A stretch of 64,000 nt of DNA from Trichinella spiralis (taxonomy: Eukaryota). Positions 40,701 through 51,512 of this stretch are shown in pieces. Below the pieces are notes generated by a model. The model worked only from the letters and a program-made list of their open reading frames with translations, searched no databases and was not told where the DNA came from. Location of the stretch: the NCBI RefSeq assembly GCF_000181795.1, contig NW_003526944.1:5591861-5655860 (forward strand). Direction: 5' to 3'. Both the position numbers and the translations under genes were made by a program. Every line of letters begins with the position of its first letter. The first letter of the stretch is position 1.

Positions 40701-41158
40701 CCGCGGATGGGTTTCTCATCAACAAGCACATCACCATTGTATAAGCAGTTATGAAGGGTGTGGTCGAGCTCGTCCGCCCATGTATAATTTGCGCTGAGGT
40801 GTTGAACAATAAAATTTGGTGCCAACAAATTGCCGACCAAATCGTCTTGACGAGTGACATTGAACAACAGCGGTGCGCCGAAATTGTCCAACGCGTACAG
40901 ACAGGAGTCGGGCGTGGCGCCGGCGCCGCGTTTTATCCGGCTCCTTGCCGACCATTGGCTCGACAGGAGCCGAGGAAATACCACAATCCGGGATGGACTA
41001 TTGGATGTAGGCGACAGTTTCTGACTGTCGGCAGAAACGGAAAACAACAACAACAACAACGGCAACAAAAACAACGCGGACGCCAGTAGCCGACCACAAC
41101 AGCAACAACAGTAGCAGCAACAGCAGCAGCAACAACAACAACAACGCACGGCTTGCAT
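19730..41158 (-). CDS. gon-1: ADAMTS9/20-like metalloprotease GON-1 (signal peptide, prodomain, reprolysin domain, disintegrin-like, TSP1, Cys-rich, spacer, 16 further TSP1 repeats, GON domain)
   Basis: ATG at 41158 followed by a hydrophobic signal. Furin-type site [19 protein letters not shown]; zinc motif HELGHIFNVPHD (split by an intron near 31020-31072); Met-turn [22 protein letters not shown]; spacer DDNYLALRN. I count 17 TSP1 repeats in total. GON domain [33 protein letters not shown]; stop TAG at 19730-19732. The largest intron is 32483-39118. Confidence 0.95.
22337..23043 (+). mobile_element. Non-autonomous hAT (Charlie/Buster, ZBED5/SCAND3-like) internal-deletion element in a gon-1 intron
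   Basis: Left end TAGTAATTCCCAAAGTGTGGGTCGCG and right end ..GGGTCGC..AAAAGTCTGAGAACCACCG form imperfect CAGTGGTTC-type TIRs. The 8-bp TSD is TTCTAAAC (22329-22336) / TTCTGAAC (23044-23051). The internal remnant [53 protein letters not shown] matches the Buster/Charlie transposase C-terminus. Confidence 0.9.
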
Positions 41159-41399
41159 GGCGCCCACGAAGGCCAGTCAGCGTTGGGCCACGCCCGGCTC
41201 CAGCATTAGATGTAGCGCCTACTTGGCAGCGATTGCTTTTTATGACCAAAACAGAAGCAGCACCGGAATGAAGGAAAAACACCAACACACGCACGTATGT
41301 CACTTGGTGGCAGTTTATAGCTGATCAAAAGGAAAATAAAGATGTGTGTTTAAGAGAAGAAAAGTTGATGAAATATGGAAATATATCAGGAAATATTGA

Positions 41400-41720
41400 A
41401 AGAGAGAGAGTGTGTGTGTGTGTGTGTATGTGTGTGTGTGTGTGTGCGTAAAAGTTGCGGGAGAAAGAGTAGAGGGAAGGAGAAAGGCAGGAATAGAGAT
41501 GGAGTGAGGAAGAAAGAGAAAGGGGGCGAGAGAGAAAGAAAGAAAGAAAGAGAGAGAGGAAGAGAGAGAGAGAAGAAGAAAAAGAGAGAAAGAGGGAGAG
41601 AGAGAGTAAGAAAGAGAGAAAGAGAAAGCAAATGAGTGAAGTAAGTAAACGACTGAAAGAGGGAGTAAGATAAGTAAGTGGGAATGAAATGGATAGAGAG
41701 GGAGAAAGACGAGCAAAAAC
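41400..41720. repeat. Compound (GA)n/(GT)n microsatellite and long polypurine tract upstream of gon-1
   Basis: A GT run at ~41410-41447 and an almost pure A/G tract at ~41460-41630 are directly visible. Confidence 0.9.
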
Positions 41721-41914
41721 GAGTGAAAATAAAACAAGTAGTGTAGAAAGGAGCAAATGAGGTTTATGAGCAAACGGAAAAAATTGGAATGAGGAAGGTG
41801 TTTCGAGGAGATTGAAGAAGAGCTTTAACACAAGCACACGCACACTCTCTCCCGGCTGTCCCCGTTGACCACCGGCACGATCGTGTCGACGCCGGTGTCG
41901 TCAAACGAAGATTA

Positions 41915-41950
41915 TGATTGGTCAATGACCAAAGAGTATTTCGATTGGTC
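41915..41950 (-). promoter_or_regulatory. Twin CCAAT boxes, candidate gon-1 promoter
   Basis: GATTGGTC occurs twice (ATTGG at 41917 and 41944; minus strand GACCAATC), 27 bp apart, inside a CpG-rich patch ~760 bp upstream of the ATG. Confidence 0.45.
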
Positions 41951-44335
41951 GACCATTCGGCAACGTCGTCATTTCTAGCTCGTCAGAGCGTTGAAATGTT
42001 CCAATCCAAGCCATTTTTGGAGGCTAATTTCATTTCGTTAATTCTAATTTAAGAAAAACCCTTTCCAGTGATTCAATTCAATGAAAAAAATATACAGTTC
42101 TTTTTCAACAAATAAAACTAAATATCAACATTTTGCGTTATGAATCTCAAATAAGGCAGATTTCATGAATTACAGAAAGCTAAACAATTCTGCGTAAATA
42201 TGCATAATGCATAAATATAAACAGTAAGCACTTGCAAAGAAAATTCCATTATGCATCATTTTCATCCTGAATTATTTCAAAATTCCAAATTTACTAAAGA
42301 TATGCGTTTCTAAATGCTTAAAATCTATACGTTATTTTTTCCATGAACTTACGTTTCGTTTGAGATGAACATTTTCAAATGGGTTCCATTCACACACTAA
42401 CAAATTATTTTTTAAAATAAATACTAAAACAAGTTGTTGATTTCTGGTTAGCCTTAAAGGACAATAGCTTAAATACATATATTACATTTAAAAGAAAAAA
42501 AATTTAGCATGCATTTATGACCTTTAAAATTCAAAAGATCAAACTATTACCAACCATGTATGGTATAAGTTTTTTTTTCTTCTATACCAAATTTGGGCAG
42601 TTGTACGACTTAAATTAGGAAGAAAAAAATGTTGAAAAGTTACAAATAAAAGCATGAACGTTCTTTTATACAGATGCAAATTAGAGACCATAAAATAATA
42701 GCTAAATCCATTTGCTATGAAAAGTGAAACTGCTTCTAATTACAAATGTTTAACAATTTTCTTTTTATTCACAAAATAGACTCTTAAAATTGCCAAAAAA
42801 ATTTTTTCAATAAAACATTGCTCTTCATAGCCTATTTAAAGTAACCAGTTGCATTAGAAGATTCTGATTTCAAGAAAGTCCAACAGTTTCTAATTAATTA
42901 ATAACACTTCAAGTTTGTATGCTATAGCACAGATAAGTGTAAAAATGCACAGCTTTGTCATGTTATTCACATTTTTGAAAAATTCCAAACAAAATCTTGA
43001 TAAAAAATTAACTTTCAAATCGATTCATAACTGAAATGAATCATGAAGAGAGCAAATTGAAATACATAAAATAACACAGTGACTACCATTTTTGCAGCTT
43101 GTACACTTTTGTATGAATGAAATTATTATTCATTTTGTCAACTGACGATGACTTTTGAAAAGTTAAATTACCAAATTCAAACAAAAACAGCTTAATGAAA
43201 GATTTCGAATCTAAATAAATAATTTAGAACGGAAAATGAAAAAATTTTCGTCTTCATGAAGCTGTTGCTTCTGTTATTAACTTTACAGTATTCAGGAAGA
43301 AAAATGGGCGTACATTTCAAAAGACTCAGAACAGAGCTCGTTAATCAACAGCAAAGGAAGCTAACTAGTATCTGAACTGTCAATGAGAAATTTTGAAAAT
43401 TGTTGCAAATTGTCCAAGGTGTCCTGGTTATTTCTCTTTTTCTTTTTGTTTTTTGTCACATACAAACACAGAGAAAGAGACAAATTTCCCAAACTTGACG
43501 GAAAGAAAGGCTGACGGCTGGTGATACGGGCGCAAGAGAACAAAAGCAGCCAACGTCCCATCACACGGCACAACAAGGCACGACTGTTCAAACGGAACGA
43601 TAACAAAAGCAAACACTGCAAGCACAGTTTCTAAAAACGACCAACTGTCAGCAAAATGAAGGAAAACGTCTTATTGCTTACAAAGGCAAGCAAAATGGAC
43701 AAACTATTTTGGGCAAAAGCTACTTTTACAATAAATAATTCAGTGTACAAAATGTTCAGACATTGAAGTTCTAAAAATTAACCCGCCTGAAGAGTCATCG
43801 GTCAGAAATAATATCAGAAGAATGAAGAACAGCGGTAAGAAATAACGCTTTTGCATAAAAATGCTTATCTCACATTGAAAAAATGCTCTTATACAATGCA
43901 ACTGAATTGGAAATTCTTTAATTTCTATATCTGTCTAATTTATTAAGTTGAGAATAAGATCAACGTGACAAATTTCATCCCTATCTCTTCATATTCGATG
44001 AACTTAAATTACCATATTAGAACTTGATTGTTATTAAAAGCATACTGTATATTGAGAATTTAAAGCCATTTTTTAAATATTGCCTTGAAACTGTTGTTTA
44101 AAATAAATAAATGTATTCCCAATATTTGAGTGAAAATATTACTGATATTTTTCTGGATCTTGTTGTATTTGTTATTTTTTATTTTTTTCGAAGAAAACTT
44201 TTACCTGGAAATGGGTGAGTTGAGCAGCGTCAAATAAATTTACTTCTTCATTCTTGGCTTTGCTTTTTGTAAGTTTAGTGAAATATTATTTGTAAACTGT
44301 TCTTATGTCGTAGAAGCATAACAGTATTTTTGTAC

Positions 44336-44924
44336 ATGGCAACACACATCCATGTTGATTTGTTTGAATAATAATTAAGCGAATGTTTGTTGTGATGATT
44401 CTTTTTTCAAAATATATTTCAGTCTTCAAATTTCAGAAACAAGATTGTGCAATTTTTGTTCAAATTTGGGACATTTGTAGTACTGCAAACTGTCAGTTAT
44501 GTTATCTACAAAGAACATCACACTCCAACGTTGTTAGTGTTACTTGACTTACTGTATTTCTTTTTGGAAATTCATTGGTATGGGAGGTACTTTTTACTGC
44601 CGTATGATGACAGTGAAACAGAGGTGAGTAAACTGTCGAATTCTGGCGGATGCGGTTTCAGATTTCATAATTAAATATTGTTTTTTGTAGTATAATTTTG
44701 ACCACTTAACTCCCAGACGTGCGCAGCAACCGCTCCGCCGACGCGTACTGTTTTCGGAGGATAAACAATATGGAAGGAGGAGATCGATCGTAAACCCAAA
44801 CGTCAGTGATTTGCCGTTGAAATTGCTTGTTCGAAGAGCATTTTATTCACCGAAAGATGATTCCACTGAAGAGTTTCTCGACAAATGCGAAAAAAAGTTG
44901 CAAAATTATCAACACAGTGCATAA
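44336..44924 (+). CDS. Small hypothetical membrane protein (~150-155 aa), probably 3 coding exons; start uncertain
   Basis: An open exon from ~44423/44437 to 44622 ends GAG|GTGAGT and joins in phase 0 to exon 44691-44924 (TTGTAG|, 78 codons, TAA). It encodes two hydrophobic stretches (IVQFLFKFGTFVVLQTVSYVIY; TLLVLLDLLYFFLEIHWY) and a charged tail. The candidate ATG is 44336. No family recognised. Confidence 0.6.
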
Positions 44925-45657
44925 TTAATAATAATGTATATTTTGTTTATGCTTTCTTTGTTCATTTTGTGCTGTTTATTTATGCGTGATATTATTTTTC
45001 TGTTGATGGCTTTTCCGATTACATTTTTTGAATAACTTTGTGAAAAATACGAGACATTAAGTTATTGTTAGACAATTATTTTATTATTACTTATATTTTA
45101 TAACGAATGTTGAATATTGTGTCACACGTGAATGTAAAAGTAGTTGTAGCGAGTGCGCAGAATGATTTGTTTTACTTATCAAGTGTATTTATTCATATTA
45201 ATAGTATGAAATTCATGAACTACTGCCACAATCTGTTGTAATGTTGACGCTTTATTTTGGCGAAACTATGTATGCTGTATTTATTAATGTTCAGGTTACA
45301 GAAATAATAGTGTGAATATTTAATAATTATTAGATTTGTGTGAAATAAATTTTAAAAAATACAAAAAATGTAATAATAATTTCAATCTTTATTGATTATC
45401 ATGATAACATGAACAGCGTTTTAAGAAAATATTATTCCAATTTTAACATGCTTTTTGTTTTTCGGCGAAAATATTTCTGCTGTGCTAACATGATGCGTTC
45501 ACTATTTCAAGAATAATATCGATCAGGGAACAATTGAATATTAAAATGAAATTGGCGCAATTTCACCAAAGCACAATCACAGCAACAATCTCGCAGAACT
45601 GACATCATCAATACCAGAGCAAGAAAAAAACAGTCACATACATAAATATAGTTGAGA

Positions 45658-47859
45658 TCATTCTTTGAAATTGATCACCAGAGATTTCCCTTTGGGATCG
45701 TCAAAACGATCCATTGTTTTCAAACTGGATATCATTGATACACCAAAAATGGTGATTGCAAAAATGACAAAAACTGAAATCAGAGACATCCAAACTTCAG
45801 CAGTGAAAAACGGTGTACAGTCATCAATATTGTCCGTGAAACCATTTGTGCGAGCAGCACGGAAAGGTTGAACCTGACAATCAAGTTCAAACATCGAGAG
45901 AAGTTCAAAGCAAAGCATAAAAATAGTGCTTACTTGAAGTTTCAAGAACGCTATGCCATACTGAAATTTAGCTTCTCGAGACGTCGGTATCATCAAAGCT
46001 CTGGGCTTCCTGCACGCATAGGCAAATCCGTTGGCGCCGTTCAGCCGAAGACTATGCACCGCAGTTTCATTAAATACATATTGCAACGACTTCTCACTGA
46101 TTGCTGAACCAGAAGCTGTTAAAGTTATATTATTCAAAAACCACCATCCCGGTGATTGGTCAAAATGAAAACTACAAAAACAAGCCATCTCAAAAAAAGT
46201 AAAACGGGAAAAAAAGGAAAAATTGAACCTCAAAGTGAAGTCGCTAAATGATTTCTGATCAACAGTAACAAAAGGCGACCACTTCAAATCCATTCTGAAA
46301 AAATAAAACGGCAAAATAATCAATCAATCAATCAATCGAATGAACGTTCAAAAAAGTGACGCTGATGCATTACGATCCTGCGTAGTTGTTGCATTTGCCG
46401 GTGCTTTTCAAATTCGAAGCTGGCAATTCGACATTTGTAACTTTTGATGTAGAATAAGCATTTTCACGAATGACAAACAAAATTTTCGAAGCATACAAAA
46501 AACAATTGCCGCTAACATTAACAAACGTTTCCGTGGGTATCGCTTTGCTGTTGGCTAATAATTTAGCATTTCTTTTCTGAAAAGAAAACTCGTTCCGTAA
46601 AGCTACCTTTTAACAACACTGTAATTTCTTAACGATTCTAAAATGTCAACTACGGCACAAAACCTACTTTACATAATTCCTACGATAAAGCTTTACAGTA
46701 ATACAAGTTTGTTCTTCATGCATGCATGCATGAATTTCGCATGCATTTACAAAAAGAACAAAACGAACAACAACACAATTTACATTTAAATTAAACAATA
46801 CACACACAACAATCATTGCCGTAATTTTGTTCAGAATAATGGAATAAAAACCACCTACATTCATTCACCTGACCTAATTTCATATATTAAATGAAAAATG
46901 TTTACTCGATCAACTTATGATTAAGAGAAATGCAAAACACATTTGGATCGTTATAGTAAATAAATAAATAAGTCTAATGAATCGAAAATAGTAGTCAACT
47001 GTCATTTTTGAAGTATCATTAAGAACATTAACATTAGAAAAACAAACAATACTTCTCGAAATATGGCTGTTGTTGAAAGCAGTCCAATGCGATTACCAAC
47101 ATTTTGTTCAACTAATTTTTTGGATATCAGTTCTACAAAACTCTGCTTGAACACAAAACTGCAAGTTTAAAATAAGTAGAAAGAAAAACATACCCAAATC
47201 TTCCCATGATGTCAATTTCAAAATCACTCGATTCATATTTTTCCAATTGTCTACGTTCAACGCGTCTTTCTGTGCAAATAAAGCAGTAGAAGGATCATTC
47301 AAAATTCGACTACCCAGATGACTGTTCATCAGTTGGTATCCTTTACTGGATTTTACCAATTCCTAATTAATTACCATTCAAATGAGCGTGAACAGCGCGG
47401 CAAAGTGGCTGTAAAAATATAAAACAACAAAACCTTGAAATGAACCAAATTTGTACATTTTTCTTCAGTATCATAAGCACCAAACTGTTGACTGAGCTGT
47501 GCCATTGAAAACTGTTGAAAAATAATCTTACGAAAAGCAATGTAAATATATTGATAAAAACATACTTCGGGCAGAAGGAATAGAAAAAATTGCACTCTTC
47601 CGTTCTTTGAATCAAAAATATCATTTAGTTCTAAATAATCATTTCTGAAATAACAAAAAATTTCACATTATTAACTGAGCACAGTCCGATTCATTTGCAC
47701 AAAAGTAAGACGTTTCAAACTTTACAAATTCATACATTTATTGCATTTCACATTTGCATGAAATGGCAGTCATTACCTGTCCACATTCCATAATAATATT
47801 GAACATTGCACAAATGCAGGAATCAAGAAAAATACAAACCAAATCCAAAAGCGATTCAT
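45658..47859 (-). CDS. vha-19: V-type ATPase accessory subunit S1 (Ac45/ATP6AP1); multi-exon
   Basis: Signal peptide MNRFWIWFVFFLIPAFVQC. C-terminal Ac45 signature FAYAC..LQ|VQPF..GFTDNIDDCTPFFTAEVWMSLISVFVIFAITIFGVSMISSLKTMDRFDDPKGKSLVINFKE*. Confidence 0.92.
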
Positions 47860-48130
47860 GGTCTTTATAAAATTGTCTTTTAATGAAAACCAACACACCT
47901 AAACACAACTGTTACACGCTGCTTAGTTTGCATTGAAAGTTGTAACAAAAGTAAACAAAACGATTTCTGCTACTGCAGTATAGTTAAATAGAGTAACAAT
48001 CAAAACATCCCGTTTAACAGTTTAGCAACAGAAATAATTTATAAAATATTCCATTCGAAGTCTAATTGCAGAGAAAACACAAATTCGTTCAGTTATTGAT
48101 TATTTTGTTAGTTCATTCTGTATCAAACTA

Positions 48131-48279
48131 AGCTGTCGCAGGCTAGAATAACATGTCTATGAATATGGGTCATGGTGCGCATTCATAAACGTTTACGGGT
48201 ATTTTTAATTTTTGTTAAATTTTAATTCTGAATGTGCACTGCACCTCTATTTACAGTGTACAGTTAACCTAGTCAGAGT
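48131..48279 (-). ncRNA. Candidate structured non-coding RNA (two hairpins, A-rich hinge, terminal ACA; H/ACA-like or three-way junction)
   Basis: Hairpin A arms are 48262-48252/48243-48233, closed by TCTGA/TCAGA. Hairpin B arms are 48190-48180/48165-48155 (11 bp with two G-U pairs on the minus strand). The hinge contains ACAAAA (ANANNA), and ACA lies at 48136-48134. Folded by eye only. Confidence 0.4.
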
Positions 48280-49156
48280 CCAATTATTTTTTTTTACATT
48301 TAAGTTACTTAGAAAAAAGATAATCTTATTAAACATTTAGAAAGCAATCAAATCATAAATGTAAATTTATTTTTAACAAATAAGATAAAAGTCAACGAAT
48401 TACATTTGAAAACTGCTTCTGAAATTTTATATTTAAATTTCCCAATTTCAAACTAGCATACAATTCCAATTTTTCTAATTCTTATTAAACATTAATTAAA
48501 TAACGACGTCAAGCCTACACAAATATACACACATGCAAACCACCCCCAGAAAAAGCCATAGAAAAAAAGCTACAGTCTAACAGAAACAATTACTGGTTAA
48601 TGAAAATCAGGTTTTATTATAACTGCCAAATGTTTTTCTTCGGTTTTCAATAACTAGTTGTTATTAGCTTGAACAGATAGCAATAATACTGGAATTTATT
48701 TACTTTTAAACGGATCTTACATACTATTTTTGCATTATTAAAAACTGACGTCATTATTTAATTGTCGCATGATGGATGACAAAAATATTCGCCCTTGTTG
48801 TAGTAGCATTTTTAAACCGTTCTATTTTTAAAATTTGTAGCCTTACACTTATTATAACAACGTAGTCACAGTAGCTGTAAATATTTTTTTTTCTTTACAT
48901 GTTTGAAACCCGTCAATTGCTATATAACTGCTACACTTTTATTTATTTAGCAATATTGTCGTAGAAAAAAGAATTTCGCTTTCATTCGTGTACGCTGACA
49001 AGCATAGCGCGACAGGCATTTATTTCACTTTCAACCAAACATTTTAATCAAACATATCCCTTTATTCATCAATTACTTTAAACACTGGTTACTTGAGTAA
49101 TGTATAATTACGATATTGCCGATTGAATAACAAATAACTACACACTCTGCATAACA

Positions 49157-51512
49157 TCACTGCTGATATCCTCCGTAACCAGCATAGCCTCCATAATTTC
49201 CACCGCGCACGCCACGTCCTGCTGATGGAGGCATTCCTGCAGCTGGGGCACCCATGTGTCCTGCTGCTGGCGGTCCTCCAGCTGCAGCATGTGCCGCAGT
49301 AGGTGTTCCATAACTCCAATTGTCGTAGTCTAAATAAAAATATCAAATAAGAATTATTCCAACAAACATATTATCAAAATAAAATATTTTCAAACTTACT
49401 GGGATACGTACAGTATTCATTACCTACACCATATTCGCTACCTCCACCATAAAAATCATCGAAATAGCCATAGTGCCCCGCATTACTTCCATATCCACTA
49501 TAACCGCTGTAATCGTGATAATGGCCTGGCCACTGCTGCGACATTCCTGGTCCGGCGGTCTTCTGCGGACGCATGTACTGCGGTACTGCTATTTTAACGT
49601 CACACTAAAAGACATAAAAACACTTTACCACTTTAAAAAATTATTAAAATGATCCTTCCTACCGTCCTATCTCCAAAACGTTGCTTGGGCAGAGCGGCTG
49701 CAGCTGCTGCGCCATCGTCATCTTCGAAAACAATAAAAGCAAAATTCTTTCGCTTGTTGTTGACTTTATCAAATGGCCACTCTATTTCTTCAACCTAACA
49801 TTTTAATAACAAACCAATTATAAGCGAACTACACCGAAATTTGCATCTCACTCTTCCAAACTGCTCCATGTGTTTTCGCAATAATTCTTCAGTATAATCA
49901 GATGGCAGACCTCCAACAAACAGTTTTTTATTTTCGCGAGATTTTGCAGGTTTCACCTCGCATTTTTTCCCTTTCAGTTCAGCATCCTTCTTAGCCAACG
50001 CCTATAATTAGAAGCGGCATGAAAATTCATACTGTTGAGTACAAAACTAAATTTAAAACCTTCTTGCAAGCTTCAGCTGTCGCAAACTCCACAAACGCAA
50101 AACCACGAGATCGTCCGGTATAATGATCATACTTCACTTGTACATGTACAACGTCTCCGAATTGATTGAAGTGGTTAGTTAAATCGTTTTCGTTTGTATC
50201 CCAACTGATACCACCGACAAAAATTTTTCTATGACAAAAAACAAGCGTTCAAACACAAATTACAAAAATAAAATAAAGTAAAATAAAATAAAGTAAAATT
50301 CAAAATTATATAAGAGGGGTCGCTTACTTTTTACCTTACAAACCTGTAAAACAATTTATGGAAAAAGAAAACACTGTTTTTCTAAATCTATATCCAATAA
50401 TAAACAGTAAGATATGTAAAAACAAACCATACGTAATACGTCATTGCATAGGATACATGGTGAATTGACTATGGAAATATAAAAACGGGACGGAAGGCTG
50501 CTTTGAAAAAGGCTTAAGAAACGCTTTACGATTGGTTAAATATAAGAGACTGTTAACAACTAGATAGGTGAAATATGAAATCATTGAATACTTGCTGCGA
50601 CGTTGCAGCAGGCTTGCTCATACGCAACCGCCGGCAAAGTTGTGCTGGTCGGAAGTCATCTTGATCTTGAAATGCTGAAATCGTGCTCACCATGGCCCAT
50701 CGGACGTCGACGTTGATTGTTCGATGGCCCATCTAGTTTGAAGCTTAAAAGAGGTTGTGATCTACATGTTCGCGTTTCTTACCAACCCTTAATGCACATC
50801 TTCTCTTCCAATAGCGCAAAGTCGGGGCGCTCTTTTTCAAAGCTTCCAAAGCGCCACTGCGGCGCAGCAGCTAACAACCCGTACAAAGTGTGGGGACAGC
50901 AAAAATTAACATCAGTGCTTTACAATAAGCTTACAAAGCGCGTGACATAGCTAAGACTACTCTTACTGAGGAAAACAATAACAATTTCACAAAATTATTC
51001 GAAATAACTACTGCTAAAAATGAAAAACTGATCTTCTCAATTTTCAAAATTTTAAGAAAAATAAATGAGAAGTCTCAACTCACCAAAGTAAAACAAATAA
51101 ATATAAATAAATAAATAAATAAATGAATGAATAAATAAACAAACAAACATACATACATACATATATACATACATACATACATACACACATACATACACAC
51201 ACACATATATACATATACATATATGTATATGTATATATATGTGTGTATGCGTGTGTGTGTGTGCAAAAGAGAAAAAAAACGTTTCAATCTACCTTTCTTC
51301 GTTCTTTTCCCGTTTCTTCGCGGGAGCGGAAACGCCATCATTACTAGGTTGAGTGTCCTCGCCTTGAAGGACATTTGCTTGTTTACACTGTTCGCTCATT
51401 TGTTGCTCGTTAGAAACTTCTTCTTGCACACCTCCTGTCCAATTATTTCCAACTAAATATTATCACGTAAAAGAAAATATGAAACAAAATTTCGCTTACC
51501 GTTATCACTCAT
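49157..51512 (-). CDS. sqd-1: hnRNP A/B-D family RNA-binding protein (Squid/SQD-1-like): two RRMs plus a Gly/Tyr-rich tail
   Basis: ATG at 51512 (MSDN|VGNNW..). RRM1 KIFVGGISWDT..GRSRGFAFVEF; RRM2 KLFVGGLPSD..KRKNFAFIVFE; tail ..GRGVRGGNYGGYAGYGGYQQ*; stop TGA at 49157-49159. Confidence 0.92.
51095..51265. repeat. Compound tetra/dinucleotide microsatellite (TAAA, CAAA, CATA, TA, TG) in squid intron 2
   Basis: Directly visible graded repeat array. Confidence 0.9.

Noticed and set aside
41315..41843. Long ORFs (152 and 172 aa) upstream of gon-1
   Set aside because: They are translations of GA/GT microsatellite with low-complexity products and no splice or homology support.
50873..50965. Hairpin plus AATTTTTG plus weak hairpin (SmY-like) on the minus strand in squid intron 2
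   Set aside because: The U-run is equally explained as part of the 3' splice region of candidate exon A, and the second hairpin is weak.
51075..51374. 99-aa ORF with YVCM/YLFI repeats
   Set aside because: Read-through of a compound microsatellite in squid intron 2.
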